Shown: positions 10,156 to 20,628 of the stretch, in pieces | Layout: every line of letters starts with the position of its first letter | How positions within the stretch are numbered: the first letter of the stretch is position 1 | DNA from: Bdellovibrionales bacterium | GTDB taxonomy: Bacteria > Bdellovibrionota > Bdellovibrionia > Bdellovibrionales > JAGQZY01 | Direction of reading: 5' to 3' | Assembly (NCBI GenBank): GCA_964230645.1 | Contig: CAXRHT010000001.1 | Coordinates: 608,001-672,000 of the forward strand | Length of the DNA: 64,000 nt | Translations under genes and position numbers: made by a program | The notes under the pieces: generated by a model | What the model was told of the DNA's origin: nothing | Seen by the model: the letters and a program-made list of their open reading frames with translations, nothing else | The model's database searches: none

Positions 10156-13100
10156 TAGTGACCTTCCTTGTGCTCAGTCGCTTCGTGTTTATCGCCATGG
10201 CCGGAACCACCACCGTGATGCCCGCCTCCAAGATCTCTATGAGTGTTTCTAATTTTTGCCTGGTAACGAACACGAGGAGCCGCGTTAAACTCTTCTAAAA
10301 GAGCGTAACTACGCTTTTCTTCGTAATACTTCGCAACCTTACTATCTTTGTCATTCAAATCACCAAAGGTAATTGCATCAGTCGGACAGACTTCCTGACA
10401 AGCGGGAGTGATGTCACCATCCTTAAGGGGACGGTTTTCATCTTTGGCTGTATTTTTTCCAGCCTTAATTCTTTGAACACAGAAAGTACATTTCTCCATA
10501 ACCCCTCGAGTTCTGACAGTAACGTCAGGATTAAGAGCCATATGAAGAGGTTCTTTTCTGTGGTGACCATCATAATAGAACCAGTTAAAACGACGAACTT
10601 TATAAGGGCAGTTATTGGAACAGTATCTCGTTCCCACACAGCGGTTATAAACCATGTCGTTGAGTCCCTCGTCACTGTGAACAGTGGCTAGAACCGGACA
10701 TACCGTTTCACAAGGAGCGTTTTCGCAATGTTGACAAGTCACTGGTTGGAAAATGGCATCCACGGATTTTTTCTCATCACCGCTATAGTAGCGATCGATA
10801 CGAATCCAATGCATCTCACGTCCACCAAGGACATACTTTTTACCAACGACTGGAATATTGTTCTCTGACTGACAAGAAACCACACAAGCGGCACAACCAG
10901 TGCAAGAGTTTAGGTCGATGGCCATGGCCCATTTATGACCTTCATATTTGTGTTTATTCCAAATACTGAAAACCTTGTGTTTATGAAGACCAACATTGCC
11001 AGTGTCTTTATAATGATCGGCCGTTGTTTCAACAGCCAGTTGTCGGCCGTGCATGGTGTGATGGCCTTGAGTCTGCGCCAATTGATAAGTCTCGCCACCG
11101 ACATTTGAAATTTCAACAGGAAAACCTGAGTACTCAAAAAGCCCTCGGTCCATCTGGATAAAGTCTTGAACATTAAAGCCAACACCTTTTTGTAACTCTC
11201 CCCCTTCACGTCGCCCGTAACCAATGGCCACAGCCACAGCCCCAGGATTTTGACCAGGAGAAATATAAACCGGAAGCTTCATGCTATGGGACGAAGTTTT
11301 TACTTCAACCATGCTACCGTCACGCAGACCTTTTTTGTCCGCAAGAACGGGAGAGATCACTAGGTAGTTGTCCCAACAAATTTTTGAAACGGGATCTGGT
11401 AACTCTTGCAACCAAGAGACGTTGGCCATTGAACCATCGTGCAAACCCACTTTGGTGTAGAGTGCTAATTCTAAGTCTGATCCTTCAAGGGTCACCTTCA
11501 CTTTATTTAAAGCCGAAGGGTTGAAACCAAGAGTTCTTTCAACTCCTCCGTAGGTGTCTCCTTGGAAACCGGTTTGTAGAAGACTGTACCAGGCTTTTTC
11601 ACTCCCCACCTGCTTCATCCAAGAGGCTTTCAAATAGTCATAGAAAGTTTCTTCGCTAGTCACAGGCTTTTCTAAACCTTTTGACCAAGCCATTAAACTG
11701 TCTCCTAGAGAGCGAGTGTTATGAAGAGGGCGAATGGTCGGCTGCTGAACAGTCACAAGACCTGGTTCGAATTCGTTGTCACCCCAATTTTCCATTTGAT
11801 GCCCACTCGGCGCAACAAGGTCGGCTAAGCTTGTCGTTTCATCCATCCAATTGTTGGTAGAAATGACGAGTTTTACATTTCCAAGCGCCTTTTTAAACTC
11901 ATCGCTGTTAGGCAAGTTGTACATGGGGTTGGCGTCATTAATGATCAAAGTCTTAACTTCACCAGCGTTCATCTTCTCAATTAACTGAGTGAGGTCGGTG
12001 TCTCGACCTTGATAAGTCAATAAACCGTGAGACCAGTGAATGGTGGAACCATTATTATTTAAGAGATCATTGAGGTAATTGACCGCGATTTGAAGAGAGA
12101 CAGAGTCTTTCGTTTTAGCCTGAAGACCACCAGCAATAACGATACTTGAACCGCCATTGGACCAAAGGTTCTCAACAACTCTAGCAAAGTCTTCGTGGCT
12201 CATGCCAATTTCTTCATAGGTTGAGGCGTATTTTTTAACAAGAGATCCAAAAGAGCCTGAAACAGAACCGTGACCTTGAACAGCGGTCAACTCATGAATC
12301 ATGGCCAGCACAAGTGGCAACTGTTGAGACGGCTTAATCGGATAATTGTCATCGGAGTTAAGCGAGGTCAAACTCGGTACCGACTGAAAGGATACCAGCT
12401 TTGACATATTCCCTTGAGGATCACGTGCCTTTTGGAAAAGCCTTGAGGATTCCATAGGGTTGAGGTGAGTTCCTAAAAAGTCTGCGTCAATCGAAACGAT
12501 CATTTGAGCTAATTCGTAACGATACTTAGGAACACTGGCTTTTCCAAAGCTTTCCTTGGATGCCTGTAGAATATCTTCCTGGTTAACAGGCGACCAACGA
12601 TGCAAAGTCGCACCCGTGTTTTCCACGAAACGATCGATAATATTGTTGAGACTGGGGGACGGCGTTTCACCGGTTAGAAAGTGAACACCACCCTCTTTGA
12701 GACCTTCCACCGCTTTTTTATCTAAACTTTCCCAGTCTCTAGGAATAGAGAGTTTGTTTCCTCTTTTCTTAGGGTCTTGGGAGTTGATCGTTGGATTTCT
12801 TAGACGATCTGGATCGTAAAGACTAAGTAGTTGAGAGGTTCCACGAACACTCATCCCCGGGCCGTTGGCTGGGTAGTCGCTATTGCCTTTTACAAAAAGA
12901 GGACGCCCTTCACGAGTCTTGACCGTGATACCAAAACCCTCGCGCCCATCAAAGAAGCTTGAAGCGTAAAAGTTATCAAGTCCCGGAATAACCTCTGAGG
13001 GTCTCTTGTTATAAGGAATGATTTTTTGAACCGGCCTTCTGACACAGGCGGCACCGGAAAGAGCAATACTGGCTCCCATTAGTTTCATAAATTGTCTTCG

Positions 13101-13256
13101 GGCCAGTCCGCTTTTATCATCTTCGGCTTGAAGAGGAGAGGACTGGAATTCTTTTTCGGCCTGCTGGAGGAACTCATCGGTTTGGTACTTTTCGTCCAAG
13201 CTTTTCCAGTAATTGCGAGTCGACTTCATTTCTTGCTGCTGTTTATCCATACTCAC
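10155..13256 (-). CDS. actB: Alternative complex III subunit B (molybdopterin-oxidoreductase-like plus Fe-S domains, TAT)
   Basis: YWKSL N-terminal extension, ARRQFMK twin-Arg, C-terminal CTGCAAC / CQHCENAPC / [13 protein letters not shown] / CTFC clusters. Confidence 0.93.
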   Translation of the reverse strand: MSMDKQQQEMKSTRNYWKSLDEKYQTDEFLQQAEKEFQSSPLQAEDDKSGLARRQFMKLMGASIALSGAACVRRPVQKIIPYNKRPSEVIPGLDNFYASSFFDGREGFGITVKTREGRPLFVKGNSDYPANGPGMSVRGTSQLLSLYDPDRLRNPTINSQDPKKRGNKLSIPRDWESLDKKAVEGLKEGGVHFLTGETPSPSLNNIIDRFVENTGATLHRWSPVNQEDILQASKESFGKASVPKYRYELAQMIVSIDADFLGTHLNPMESSRLFQKARDPQGNMSKLVSFQSVPSLTSLNSDDNYPIKPSQQLPLVLAMIHELTAVQGHGSVSGSFGSLVKKYASTYEEIGMSHEDFARVVENLWSNGGSSIVIAGGLQAKTKDSVSLQIAVNYLNDLLNNNGSTIHWSHGLLTYQGRDTDLTQLIEKMNAGEVKTLIINDANPMYNLPNSDEFKKALGNVKLVISTNNWMDETTSLADLVAPSGHQMENWGDNEFEPGLVTVQQPTIRPLHNTRSLGDSLMAWSKGLEKPVTSEETFYDYLKASWMKQVGSEKAWYSLLQTGFQGDTYGGVERTLGFNPSALNKVKVTLEGSDLELALYTKVGLHDGSMANVSWLQELPDPVSKICWDNYLVISPVLADKKGLRDGSMVEVKTSSHSMKLPVYISPGQNPGAVAVAIGYGRREGGELQKGVGFNVQDFIQMDRGLFEYSGFPVEISNVGGETYQLAQTQGHHTMHGRQLAVETTADHYKDTGNVGLHKHKVFSIWNKHKYEGHKWAMAIDLNSCTGCAACVVSCQSENNIPVVGKKYVLGGREMHWIRIDRYYSGDEKKSVDAIFQPVTCQHCENAPCETVCPVLATVHSDEGLNDMVYNRCVGTRYCSNNCPYKVRRFNWFYYDGHHRKEPLHMALNPDVTVRTRGVMEKCTFCVQRIKAGKNTAKDENRPLKDGDITPACQEVCPTDAITFGDLNDKDSKVAKYYEEKRSYALLEEFNAAPRVRYQAKIRNTHRDLGGGHHGGGSGHGDKHEATEHKEGH

Positions 13257-13266
13257 TACCTCTCTC

Positions 13267-13809
13267 TCAATTATGACAGGTTGAACAGTTTAAAGGGCCT
13301 TGAGGATCTTGTTCTCTGTGGCAATTCACACACCAACCCATGGAGAGGCTGCTATGTTGCTCAACCACATCCATCTTTTTAATATCACCATGACAGGTGT
13401 TACAGGCTGGATAGCGATCATCAGGGGTGCTAAAACGATGAACGTGACGTTTGTGATTAAACTTCACGTGGTCTGGTAACATATGAACTTTCACCCAGTT
13501 CACCGTCTCCCCATCGAAGTACTTCTTTCTTAGTTTTTGAATTTCTGGTTTGTCGATCGCAACAACCTGGTGGCAATTCATACAAATATTAAGACTGGGA
13601 ACAGCAGAGTGCTTCGCCACTTCCACTTGTGTGTGACAGTACACACAAGCCATCTTGTATTTTCCCGCGTGAAGTTTGTGAGAAAACTTGATGGGTTGTT
13701 CTGGTTTATACCCTTTGTTGTATCCTATGCTTCCCCACTCACATTGACTGCAGAAAAGCATAATTAATAACAAGGGAAAGAATTTTATCGATCGCTGAAT
13801 CAAGAACAT
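13267..13809 (-). CDS. actA: Alternative complex III pentaheme cytochrome c
   Basis: Five CxxCH motifs (CVYCH, CMNCH, CNTCH, CVNCH, CSTCH) and QPIKFSH. ATG 13809 follows AAGGAGAG. Confidence 0.92.
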   Translation of the reverse strand: MFLIQRSIKFFPLLLIMLFCSQCEWGSIGYNKGYKPEQPIKFSHKLHAGKYKMACVYCHTQVEVAKHSAVPSLNICMNCHQVVAIDKPEIQKLRKKYFDGETVNWVKVHMLPDHVKFNHKRHVHRFSTPDDRYPACNTCHGDIKKMDVVEQHSSLSMGWCVNCHREQDPQGPLNCSTCHN

Positions 13810-14083
13810 CGACTCTCCTTCAACTGCACCGTTCACCGGTGCGACCAACTCAGTAGACCCAAGAGTACGCGAAAATCGTACTGATCAAGGGCGCGATTTA
13901 ATTTTCAAAAGCCTTTCACTTGTAAAAGAAATACCCGTGCTTGTTAAGGATTTTACGAATCTGCATTAAGATTGTGCAGGCTATGCCGCGCACTATCAAT
14001 CTGAGGGCTGTTGTGAAAAAGAGACGATTTTGTCTTTTTTTGCAAAAATCACTCAACACTCTCCAAGCCGAAGGAAGCAAAAT

Positions 14084-14180
14084 AAAAAAAAGCATCGTGT
14101 GGGGCACGATGCTTTCGGGGTATGGGATATGGGGATTTGGGATCTATGAAGGCCTTCGACACTGTCTCCAACCTTCTGAC
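14084..14180 (-). ncRNA. Candidate C-rich small RNA, copy A (~97 nt)
   Basis: Sigma-54-like promoter upstream, 5' hairpin, GAUCCCAAAUCCCCAUAUCCCAUACCCC tract, 11-bp terminator stem with CCCCA loop and U8 tail. Confidence 0.6.
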
Positions 14181-14190
14181 TTTATATATA

Positions 14191-14206
14191 TTCATTTTTA
14201 GTGCCA
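14191..14206 (-). promoter_or_regulatory. Sigma-54-type promoter (variant -12)
   Basis: TGGCACTAAAAATGAA: perfect -24 TGGCAC, with GG-N10-GA instead of GC. Confidence 0.5.
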
Positions 14207-14301
14207 ATTTTGAATGCTCATCTCAAATTAACAGCTCTCCCATTTGGCTCTCACTCGAAAATTTAGCAAGACGCTCTAAAACGGCACCCCCCTGCCAAGA
14301 C

Positions 14302-16014
14302 TTAAAACAATTGAGCCTGACTCCAAAAGTTCTCTAACTTTGCAAAATATGTTTCATCCTGAGACTCTCCAACCAGAGGCGCACCTTCTTGACGAACTTG
14401 CAGAGCCGCCTCTTTGAAACTAAGGCCTTTGATTTTGAGTTCTAAAACCTCTCTCATCCGTTTCTCGTAAACAACGCCTCCACTCACACAGGGCAGAGGG
14501 TTTTCGATATCTGGTATATACGCACTTATTAGTAGAGCTGTTTTTAAATCTTTGCCGCTAACCCCTGGAAAGCTCTCAGCCACGCGAGCCACAACATTGA
14601 GTGCCTTGGGTGTTGCCATGGATGTTCCAGAAAGCGGGCCGTAACTTCCACCTAAAAAGGCCGCCATCACATCCGTTCCTGGAGCGAAAATATCGGCTGA
14701 CTGTTTTCCGTAACTGGAAAAATCGGCTTTTATGGCATATTCAGGATCCGGAGTCTCCTGCCACTCCGCCGCCGCAAGGGCCCCCACCACGACCATATTA
14801 TCGTGCTGCCATCCTGCTGGAAATTTGGGGAACTCGTCCAAATCGCTAACGGAGTTACCAGCGGCAATAAAGAAAAGAGCGTCGGATTGGGATTCAATCA
14901 ACTCTTCTAGAGCAATAAAGGATTCCCGTGGTGGCGCCATCCCTCCGGGAGTTTCAAAGGAAAAACTCATGTTCACAAAGCGGGCTTTATGAGTTTTGAT
15001 AAATTCTCCTATGCGCGCAAGTTGAGCGGGGTTGGTGTAATTTCCAGCAAAACCGGCCAGCGACCATCTTTCAATTCCGTCCATTGCCAAACTGGCCACA
15101 TGGGTTCCATGGGAAATAATGGGGCGGAGTTTATCGTTAAAGAGAAAGGATTCTCTTAAATCGTTTATGGGCTCTCCCCCTTGAACCTGATTCACCCCAT
15201 AAACGTCATCCACAAGACCGTTACCATCGTTATCAAAACCGTCGAATGTCTCTTTGGGGTTTTGATACCAGTGAGAAACTAAATCCGGGTGATCGGTTTC
15301 AAAACCAGAATCAATAACCACGACACCTAGGGGTTTAGGGGCAGGCCATGAATTCTCCTCATACAGCTCATCAAATCTTACTGGTCCCTGGCTGGAATAA
15401 TCACTGATGACTTGTTGATCTCGGTTAAGTCTTCGCACACCCACCACCCGTACATCCAAAACAACCTGCGCGCTGGGATCATTGACAGTGTACTCTTCAT
15501 AAAACTCCACCTCTTCGTTATCGTCATAGAAAATTTTGAAAAGAGGGATGTCGGTCCCTTCTACATACTCCAGGTAAAGAACCAAGCGAGAGTCCGTTTT
15601 ATTTTCATTTTCTTCGTATATCCATTCGGCAAGTTTGAGTGGAAGGACTTGCCCTGGAATATCACGCACATGGGTTTTCTTTTTAATATAGGCTCGAAAG
15701 GGCTCAACAGAATAAGAGGTCTTTATATAGCTACCATCGGAAAGCTCCTCAATATCCCCCTCATAGGTCTGCTCTTGATCGATATTATAAATCTTTACAC
15801 TAACCCTCTGACCATTTTCGTAGAAAACAGATTTAGAAAGCTTTGATGGGTCAGAAAACAATCGGTCGACACGAACCAATTCACCAGACTCGTTACAGTA
15901 GTTGCGATATCTATCCTCTTCATTACCGAGAGGATGATCCGGACAGAGAATTTCCATAGACATAGCCTGAAAACTCATGAGCAAACTCAAGATGAGAAAT
16001 AAACCCCTATTCAT
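14302..16014 (-). CDS. Secreted S8 (subtilisin-like) serine peptidase
   Basis: VIDSG, SHGTHVA, AAGN, GTSMATP catalytic motifs; signal peptide from ATG 16014 (ORF track starts at 16080). Confidence 0.9.
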   Translation of the reverse strand: MNRGLFLILSLLMSFQAMSMEILCPDHPLGNEEDRYRNYCNESGELVRVDRLFSDPSKLSKSVFYENGQRVSVKIYNIDQEQTYEGDIEELSDGSYIKTSYSVEPFRAYIKKKTHVRDIPGQVLPLKLAEWIYEENENKTDSRLVLYLEYVEGTDIPLFKIFYDDNEEVEFYEEYTVNDPSAQVVLDVRVVGVRRLNRDQQVISDYSSQGPVRFDELYEENSWPAPKPLGVVVIDSGFETDHPDLVSHWYQNPKETFDGFDNDGNGLVDDVYGVNQVQGGEPINDLRESFLFNDKLRPIISHGTHVASLAMDGIERWSLAGFAGNYTNPAQLARIGEFIKTHKARFVNMSFSFETPGGMAPPRESFIALEELIESQSDALFFIAAGNSVSDLDEFPKFPAGWQHDNMVVVGALAAAEWQETPDPEYAIKADFSSYGKQSADIFAPGTDVMAAFLGGSYGPLSGTSMATPKALNVVARVAESFPGVSGKDLKTALLISAYIPDIENPLPCVSGGVVYEKRMREVLELKIKGLSFKEAALQVRQEGAPLVGESQDETYFAKLENFWSQAQLF

Positions 16015-16131
16015 TTTTGACCCCTTGTTAAACAGTGGAAAACCTAGCACAAGCCCTAGAGAACATCTCTTAGGAGTCATGAAATGAATTTTTTTCTGTT
16101 TTTTTTACAGGCTGTCAGTTAGGTAATAGGT

Positions 16132-16647
16132 ATGACAGTAGAAAATCCCGGAACTCACCCTCCCATTGGAATCTTGAGTGTGCTGATGGATGAAAAGACT
16201 CAGCAATACCTAAATCAGTGGCGTGAGCAATATTTTCCTGAATCGATTAATTATTTACAGGCCCATATCACTTTGTTTCATAAATTAGATTTGGAAAAAT
16301 TTGAATCGATGGATGAGTTGCCGGCTCAACCCAAAAACAATTTGGAATTAAATTTCGACAAAGTGTATTTTCTCGGCAAAGGTTTTGCTATTGAAGCTCT
16401 CTGCCCTCCCCTTTTAGAATTTCACCATAGATTTCAAAAACTCTATTTTTCAGAGCTCTCAAAGCAGGATCAGCAAAAAAAGAAGTTACACGTCACTCTT
16501 CAAAACAAAGTCTCTCCCGACAAAGCTAAAAAAGACTTCGAAGATTTTAAGGTTAAGTTCCAAGGATTTAGAGGAGAGGCCATAGGCTTAAGCCTTCATC
16601 ACTACCAAGGAGGTCCTTGGCAGAAAGTGAAAGACTTTATGTTCTGA
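16132..16647 (+). CDS. 2H phosphoesterase / 2'-5' RNA ligase family protein
   Basis: Two HxT motifs (AHITL, LHVTL). Confidence 0.8.
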   Translation: MTVENPGTHPPIGILSVLMDEKTQQYLNQWREQYFPESINYLQAHITLFHKLDLEKFESMDELPAQPKNNLELNFDKVYFLGKGFAIEALCPPLLEFHHRFQKLYFSELSKQDQQKKKLHVTLQNKVSPDKAKKDFEDFKVKFQGFRGEAIGLSLHHYQGGPWQKVKDFMF

Positions 16648-16692
16648 TATTCATAAAATTGCATCCGATAGGATCGATATGAAAGAACGAAT

Positions 16693-18315
16693 TTACTTAG
16701 CCTCATTCAACGAAGCTTTTTCTACAAAGTAAGCATAGCCAACATAGAGCACATGCAGGATCACAAACCCAGACACATACTGAATGCCTCCCGCTCCAAA
16801 ACCATAGGAATGGAGTCCCGCACCTAATACGAAGTTTACTCCGTACCAGGCCATGATCACTAAACTAAATGAGATAATGCTTCCGGCGAGCATTCCGAAA
16901 TCTTTCACCCATCCCACAAGGCGCGCATGTAAAATGGCGAGATAACCCATCAAAGCAATAAAGGCCCACGTCTCCTTAGGGTCCCATCCCCAAAAACGTC
17001 CCCATGAGTAGTCAGCCCACACACCGCCGAGAATCGTACCCGCAGTCAATAAAACCACTCCCACCTGAATGAGGTTATAGCAAACCTGAGCGAGCTCTCG
17101 GATTTTAGCCCGGTGTTTTTTCTTGTCCTTAACATGAAGAAAAATTCCATAATCACCAATTCCAAAAGCCAAGAAAAAAGCGGCGTAACTCAAAGTGATA
17201 GTCATTACGTGAATGGTGAGCCACAGATTACTTCTTAGGACAGGTTCTAAGGGTTGAAGAGTGCTATCAAGAATAACAGGAGCAAAATCCGCTACAATCA
17301 TACATAAAGTCGCTACAATGGCACCAACTAAAACAATCCATTTTTTCTTTTTAAGAAAACTAAAAATCGCAGCAAAGAGAAAAACACCCCATCCCACCCA
17401 AACAACAGTTTCATACATATTAGAAACAGGCGGCCTTGAAGTGATAATACACCTTAATGCAAATCCATAAGTGTGAAAGATAAAGGCCAGCGCCATTACA
17501 CCGATTCCAAGCTTTGCTAGTAAACCGGGAAGAGCAATGAAAGAGAAGGCCATCAGGAGGCTTCCTAAAAGATACAGAATCCAAGTCCAAAGAAATGGTT
17601 TTAACTTCTGATAATGAACCTCTGTGGCCATATCACTAGCTGTGGGATAAATATCTCCGCCTTGCTCTCTTGCTTGAGCTGTAAACTTATCAATTTCCTC
17701 TTGGAGTTTCGCTTTAGACCCCTCTCCTGAATCAGGCTTTACGAAGGTTTCACTATAGAGACTTAAAATTTTAAAAAAGCTCTCACTTTTTTCCGAATCT
17801 AGATCTCTGAGTGGAATCCAGAAAGTGGACTCTCCGCCTTTTTCTGGGGGAAAAACTTTAATCCCACCTTGTGTGATACCGTGAAAGGTCATCAACTGAC
17901 TCTGCAAGCGTTGGATGGCTTGATAATAGGCATTGAGCTTTTCTTTGCGCCCTAAACGGACCTGCAAATCACTAAACAAAATATTGAGACGATTATGAGT
18001 GCCAATGGTGTTTGGGGAAAAATACTTTTTGTCTTTAGGAAACTTTAGCGCCTCTTTTAGACCATGGTGGTCTATCTTGATAAAATCTTTATCCATCCAG
18101 GGCTCAGGAACAAGCATCCAAGTGGTGAAGATATCTAGAGCTGGCTTACCTTCAAATTTCGATTTCCCATGAATGAGTTGTAAAGATTCTTGAGCCACTG
18201 TGATGAGTGGCTTCACTCGGCCAGCATCTTGAACCGGCAAACTTTCAAAACTGTGTCCTTGGGCCCAGAGGGAGGGCGAAAAGAACATAGCAAAAATTAA
18301 GAGAATATTTTTCAT
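16693..18315 (-). CDS. ccsA: Cytochrome c biogenesis protein CcsA (system II)
   Basis: WWD motif GGVWADYSWGRFWGWDPKETW; GLHSYG. Confidence 0.92.
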   Translation of the reverse strand: MKNILLIFAMFFSPSLWAQGHSFESLPVQDAGRVKPLITVAQESLQLIHGKSKFEGKPALDIFTTWMLVPEPWMDKDFIKIDHHGLKEALKFPKDKKYFSPNTIGTHNRLNILFSDLQVRLGRKEKLNAYYQAIQRLQSQLMTFHGITQGGIKVFPPEKGGESTFWIPLRDLDSEKSESFFKILSLYSETFVKPDSGEGSKAKLQEEIDKFTAQAREQGGDIYPTASDMATEVHYQKLKPFLWTWILYLLGSLLMAFSFIALPGLLAKLGIGVMALAFIFHTYGFALRCIITSRPPVSNMYETVVWVGWGVFLFAAIFSFLKKKKWIVLVGAIVATLCMIVADFAPVILDSTLQPLEPVLRSNLWLTIHVMTITLSYAAFFLAFGIGDYGIFLHVKDKKKHRAKIRELAQVCYNLIQVGVVLLTAGTILGGVWADYSWGRFWGWDPKETWAFIALMGYLAILHARLVGWVKDFGMLAGSIISFSLVIMAWYGVNFVLGAGLHSYGFGAGGIQYVSGFVILHVLYVGYAYFVEKASLNEAK

Positions 18316-19709
18316 GATACTTTCTTCCTTTTTTTAAAATAAAAAAGATGAATGATCCCAAAGACAATGAGAAGGCTTCCTAAATACTTCCAGGGTCGAC
18401 CTGGGTCTTGATTCACTGAAAGGATCGACATCGTTGGTCGCCCCATTTCATCTTCCTGAAAACTTGACTGGTAAAAAGTGATTCCATTGTAATAAAGGGG
18501 TTCATTCATTGAAATTGTGGTGTCAGAGGTCGTTTGCTTTTCTTTATCGAGAACAGTGACGTCACTCTCGTAGGTGGCTGCACGCATAGTCCCTTGGTAA
18601 CGACCCACTCGAAAATCATCCAAGCGAAGAGCAAAGTTTAGACTAATTTGTCGATTGGCAAATATAAATACATGGAAAGCATCGTCGGAAAAAAGTCGGA
18701 CCGATGAGTTAAGTCCTGTCCAATACTCTTTGCCATTAAACTGAAAGCGAATGGCCTGAATGGCTCCTTCTACAGACGTTTCTATGGGTTCATAGGTCCA
18801 AACGTCTTTTGCGTGAGGCAAGTATTTTAAAATCCTAAAGGTTAAACCCATCCATCCTGTTTCAATGGAGTCTCCTGATGAGGCTTTTCCCTCTTTGGTG
18901 AGTCCACTTTTACTAGCTGTAAAAACCTTGTAAGTGAGCTCTTCGTTTTCTCGATCAGACTCAAGGAGAAGAACATTGCCCCCCTGGTATTTAAAAGCCC
19001 CTTTTTTTGAAAGAACGATTTTAGCAGGCCCCATGTTTTTAACTTCAAAGGGACTCTTTCCTAGCAGTAACCAATCGGACTCACTGACACGCTCGTTGGC
19101 AATTTGAAAACGTAGACCCGCTCCATCCGTCTTTTTTTCGGAAGCTTCCACTTTAAACTGAGGAATGGCGTAAGGGCGAAATTTATCCACCACAATTTTA
19201 TCTTTACCAAGGTTAACGATATAGGGGTCTTCTTCAGTGGGTGGGTTACTGATAAAGTTAACCTCTTCTTCAAAGACAGGGCGGGCCCCTCCCGTTAAAA
19301 GGCCACTGTATGCAATAATGTCAGTGGCACCCACAGTTACCTTATTTTTTGACTCCCCCATATTGAAAGCCATGGACCCATCAATACCTGTATAGCGGGT
19401 CAAAAGAGAACCGCCTATAAGAATGAGAATTCCCACATGCGCACTAATAAAACCAATATGATGTTTTTTCCAAGGATAACGATCAATGATTACGGCGATA
19501 AGATTGATCGCAAGAAGCGCAAAGATCGTATAGGAATACCAGGAATGATAAACGGTTTCTTGAGCTCGCTTTGCATCATTATACATCGATTCAACAATCG
19601 TACCCCATGCGGACATAGTCCCAATAGCCAAAATTACGAAAACGGCTAATCTTAGAGAGGCAAAAGGTTTTACAAACTTTTTAAACTTTGATTTCTTTTT
19701 GGAACTCAC
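18312..19709 (-). CDS. resB: Cytochrome c biogenesis protein ResB/CcsB
   Basis: N-terminal TMs with conserved His; ISMNEPL..G..FYQSSF; overlaps the ccsA start. Confidence 0.85.
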   Translation of the reverse strand: MSSKKKSKFKKFVKPFASLRLAVFVILAIGTMSAWGTIVESMYNDAKRAQETVYHSWYSYTIFALLAINLIAVIIDRYPWKKHHIGFISAHVGILILIGGSLLTRYTGIDGSMAFNMGESKNKVTVGATDIIAYSGLLTGGARPVFEEEVNFISNPPTEEDPYIVNLGKDKIVVDKFRPYAIPQFKVEASEKKTDGAGLRFQIANERVSESDWLLLGKSPFEVKNMGPAKIVLSKKGAFKYQGGNVLLLESDRENEELTYKVFTASKSGLTKEGKASSGDSIETGWMGLTFRILKYLPHAKDVWTYEPIETSVEGAIQAIRFQFNGKEYWTGLNSSVRLFSDDAFHVFIFANRQISLNFALRLDDFRVGRYQGTMRAATYESDVTVLDKEKQTTSDTTISMNEPLYYNGITFYQSSFQEDEMGRPTMSILSVNQDPGRPWKYLGSLLIVFGIIHLFYFKKRKKVS

Positions 19710-20522
19710 TTAACTCAGACTCCCGACCTGCTTTTGAATTTCAAGAATAGCACGGCAAAGTCGGTTCTGCATGCCTTCAAGTTTATCTTTATCTAACTTT
19801 TTTGAGTCTTCATCCATGTAGAGATGACGATTCATTTCTATTTGTATCGTATGTTTATTTTCCTCTGGACACCCATACATTTGGGTGATTCCACCCCCTA
19901 CATAAGGCCAGTTGTACGCCACCTGAAAACCCGCTTTCTGAAGAGAGGTCATAACTAAATCCTTGAACTCTCCCCTCGCGCTTTTACCGTGAAAATCACT
20001 GACAACGATCTCAGCCCGAGTTTCTCCCGGATCAGGATGTAGTTCAGTTCCCTTTGAGGGCATAGAATGAAGATCCAGATGATAAACCACCCCCCATTTT
20101 TCAATGATCTTTTTTTGCAACTCTTTGAGCTGATCGTGAAAGGGTTGATAATACTTTTCGACAAGATCTTGATGCAGCCTCTGGCTCATGGGTTTTTCGA
20201 TCAAAGGCTCGTCAAAAGTGGTCACACTCCAGTGAAGTCCTTTAGGCTCCTTTCCGGCCGGTTGCTCGGCCTCTTCAACAGCTGCTCCATCGTACTGATC
20301 AGGCCAGCGATTAAGATCCACAACATAGCGATGCCATGGAGTGATCAGTGCGGGAAGCTCGGATTCCTTGATGGCTTTTTCATAGAGCTTATCAACATAG
20401 CGATCCACATCTCGCATCAAAGTGGGCTCAGAAAGGCCCGCCAACCAAGTGACCTCAGGAGGTATCATTTCGCCAGAATGGGGGATGGAGAGAAATAAGG
20501 GTGCATCAGGATGTATTTTCAT
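19710..20522 (-). CDS. N-formylglutamate amidohydrolase family
   Basis: SIPHSG, RYVVDLNR, DLHSMP, N.PY.GG.IT, IQIEMNR.LY; likely start 20522. Confidence 0.88.
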   Translation of the reverse strand: MKIHPDAPLFLSIPHSGEMIPPEVTWLAGLSEPTLMRDVDRYVDKLYEKAIKESELPALITPWHRYVVDLNRWPDQYDGAAVEEAEQPAGKEPKGLHWSVTTFDEPLIEKPMSQRLHQDLVEKYYQPFHDQLKELQKKIIEKWGVVYHLDLHSMPSKGTELHPDPGETRAEIVVSDFHGKSARGEFKDLVMTSLQKAGFQVAYNWPYVGGGITQMYGCPEENKHTIQIEMNRHLYMDEDSKKLDKDKLEGMQNRLCRAILEIQKQVGSLS

Positions 20523-20628
20523 ACCCGTTGAATAGATTGAATCACTAATAAAAACAATAGCTTTTGCCAAATTGACCCTGATTTTCGCATGGGATAAATT
20601 GAAGCTTTAGCGAATCAAGGAGTCCTCA

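Noticed and set aside
10155..13256. ActB as a catalytic molybdoenzyme
   Set aside because: The operon context is ACIII, whose B subunit is known to lack the molybdenum cofactor.
13916..14337. Three short ORFs (63-86 aa) between actA and the S8 gene
   Set aside because: No RBS or recognisable motifs, they overlap each other, and the region is better explained by promoter, terminator and sRNA structure.
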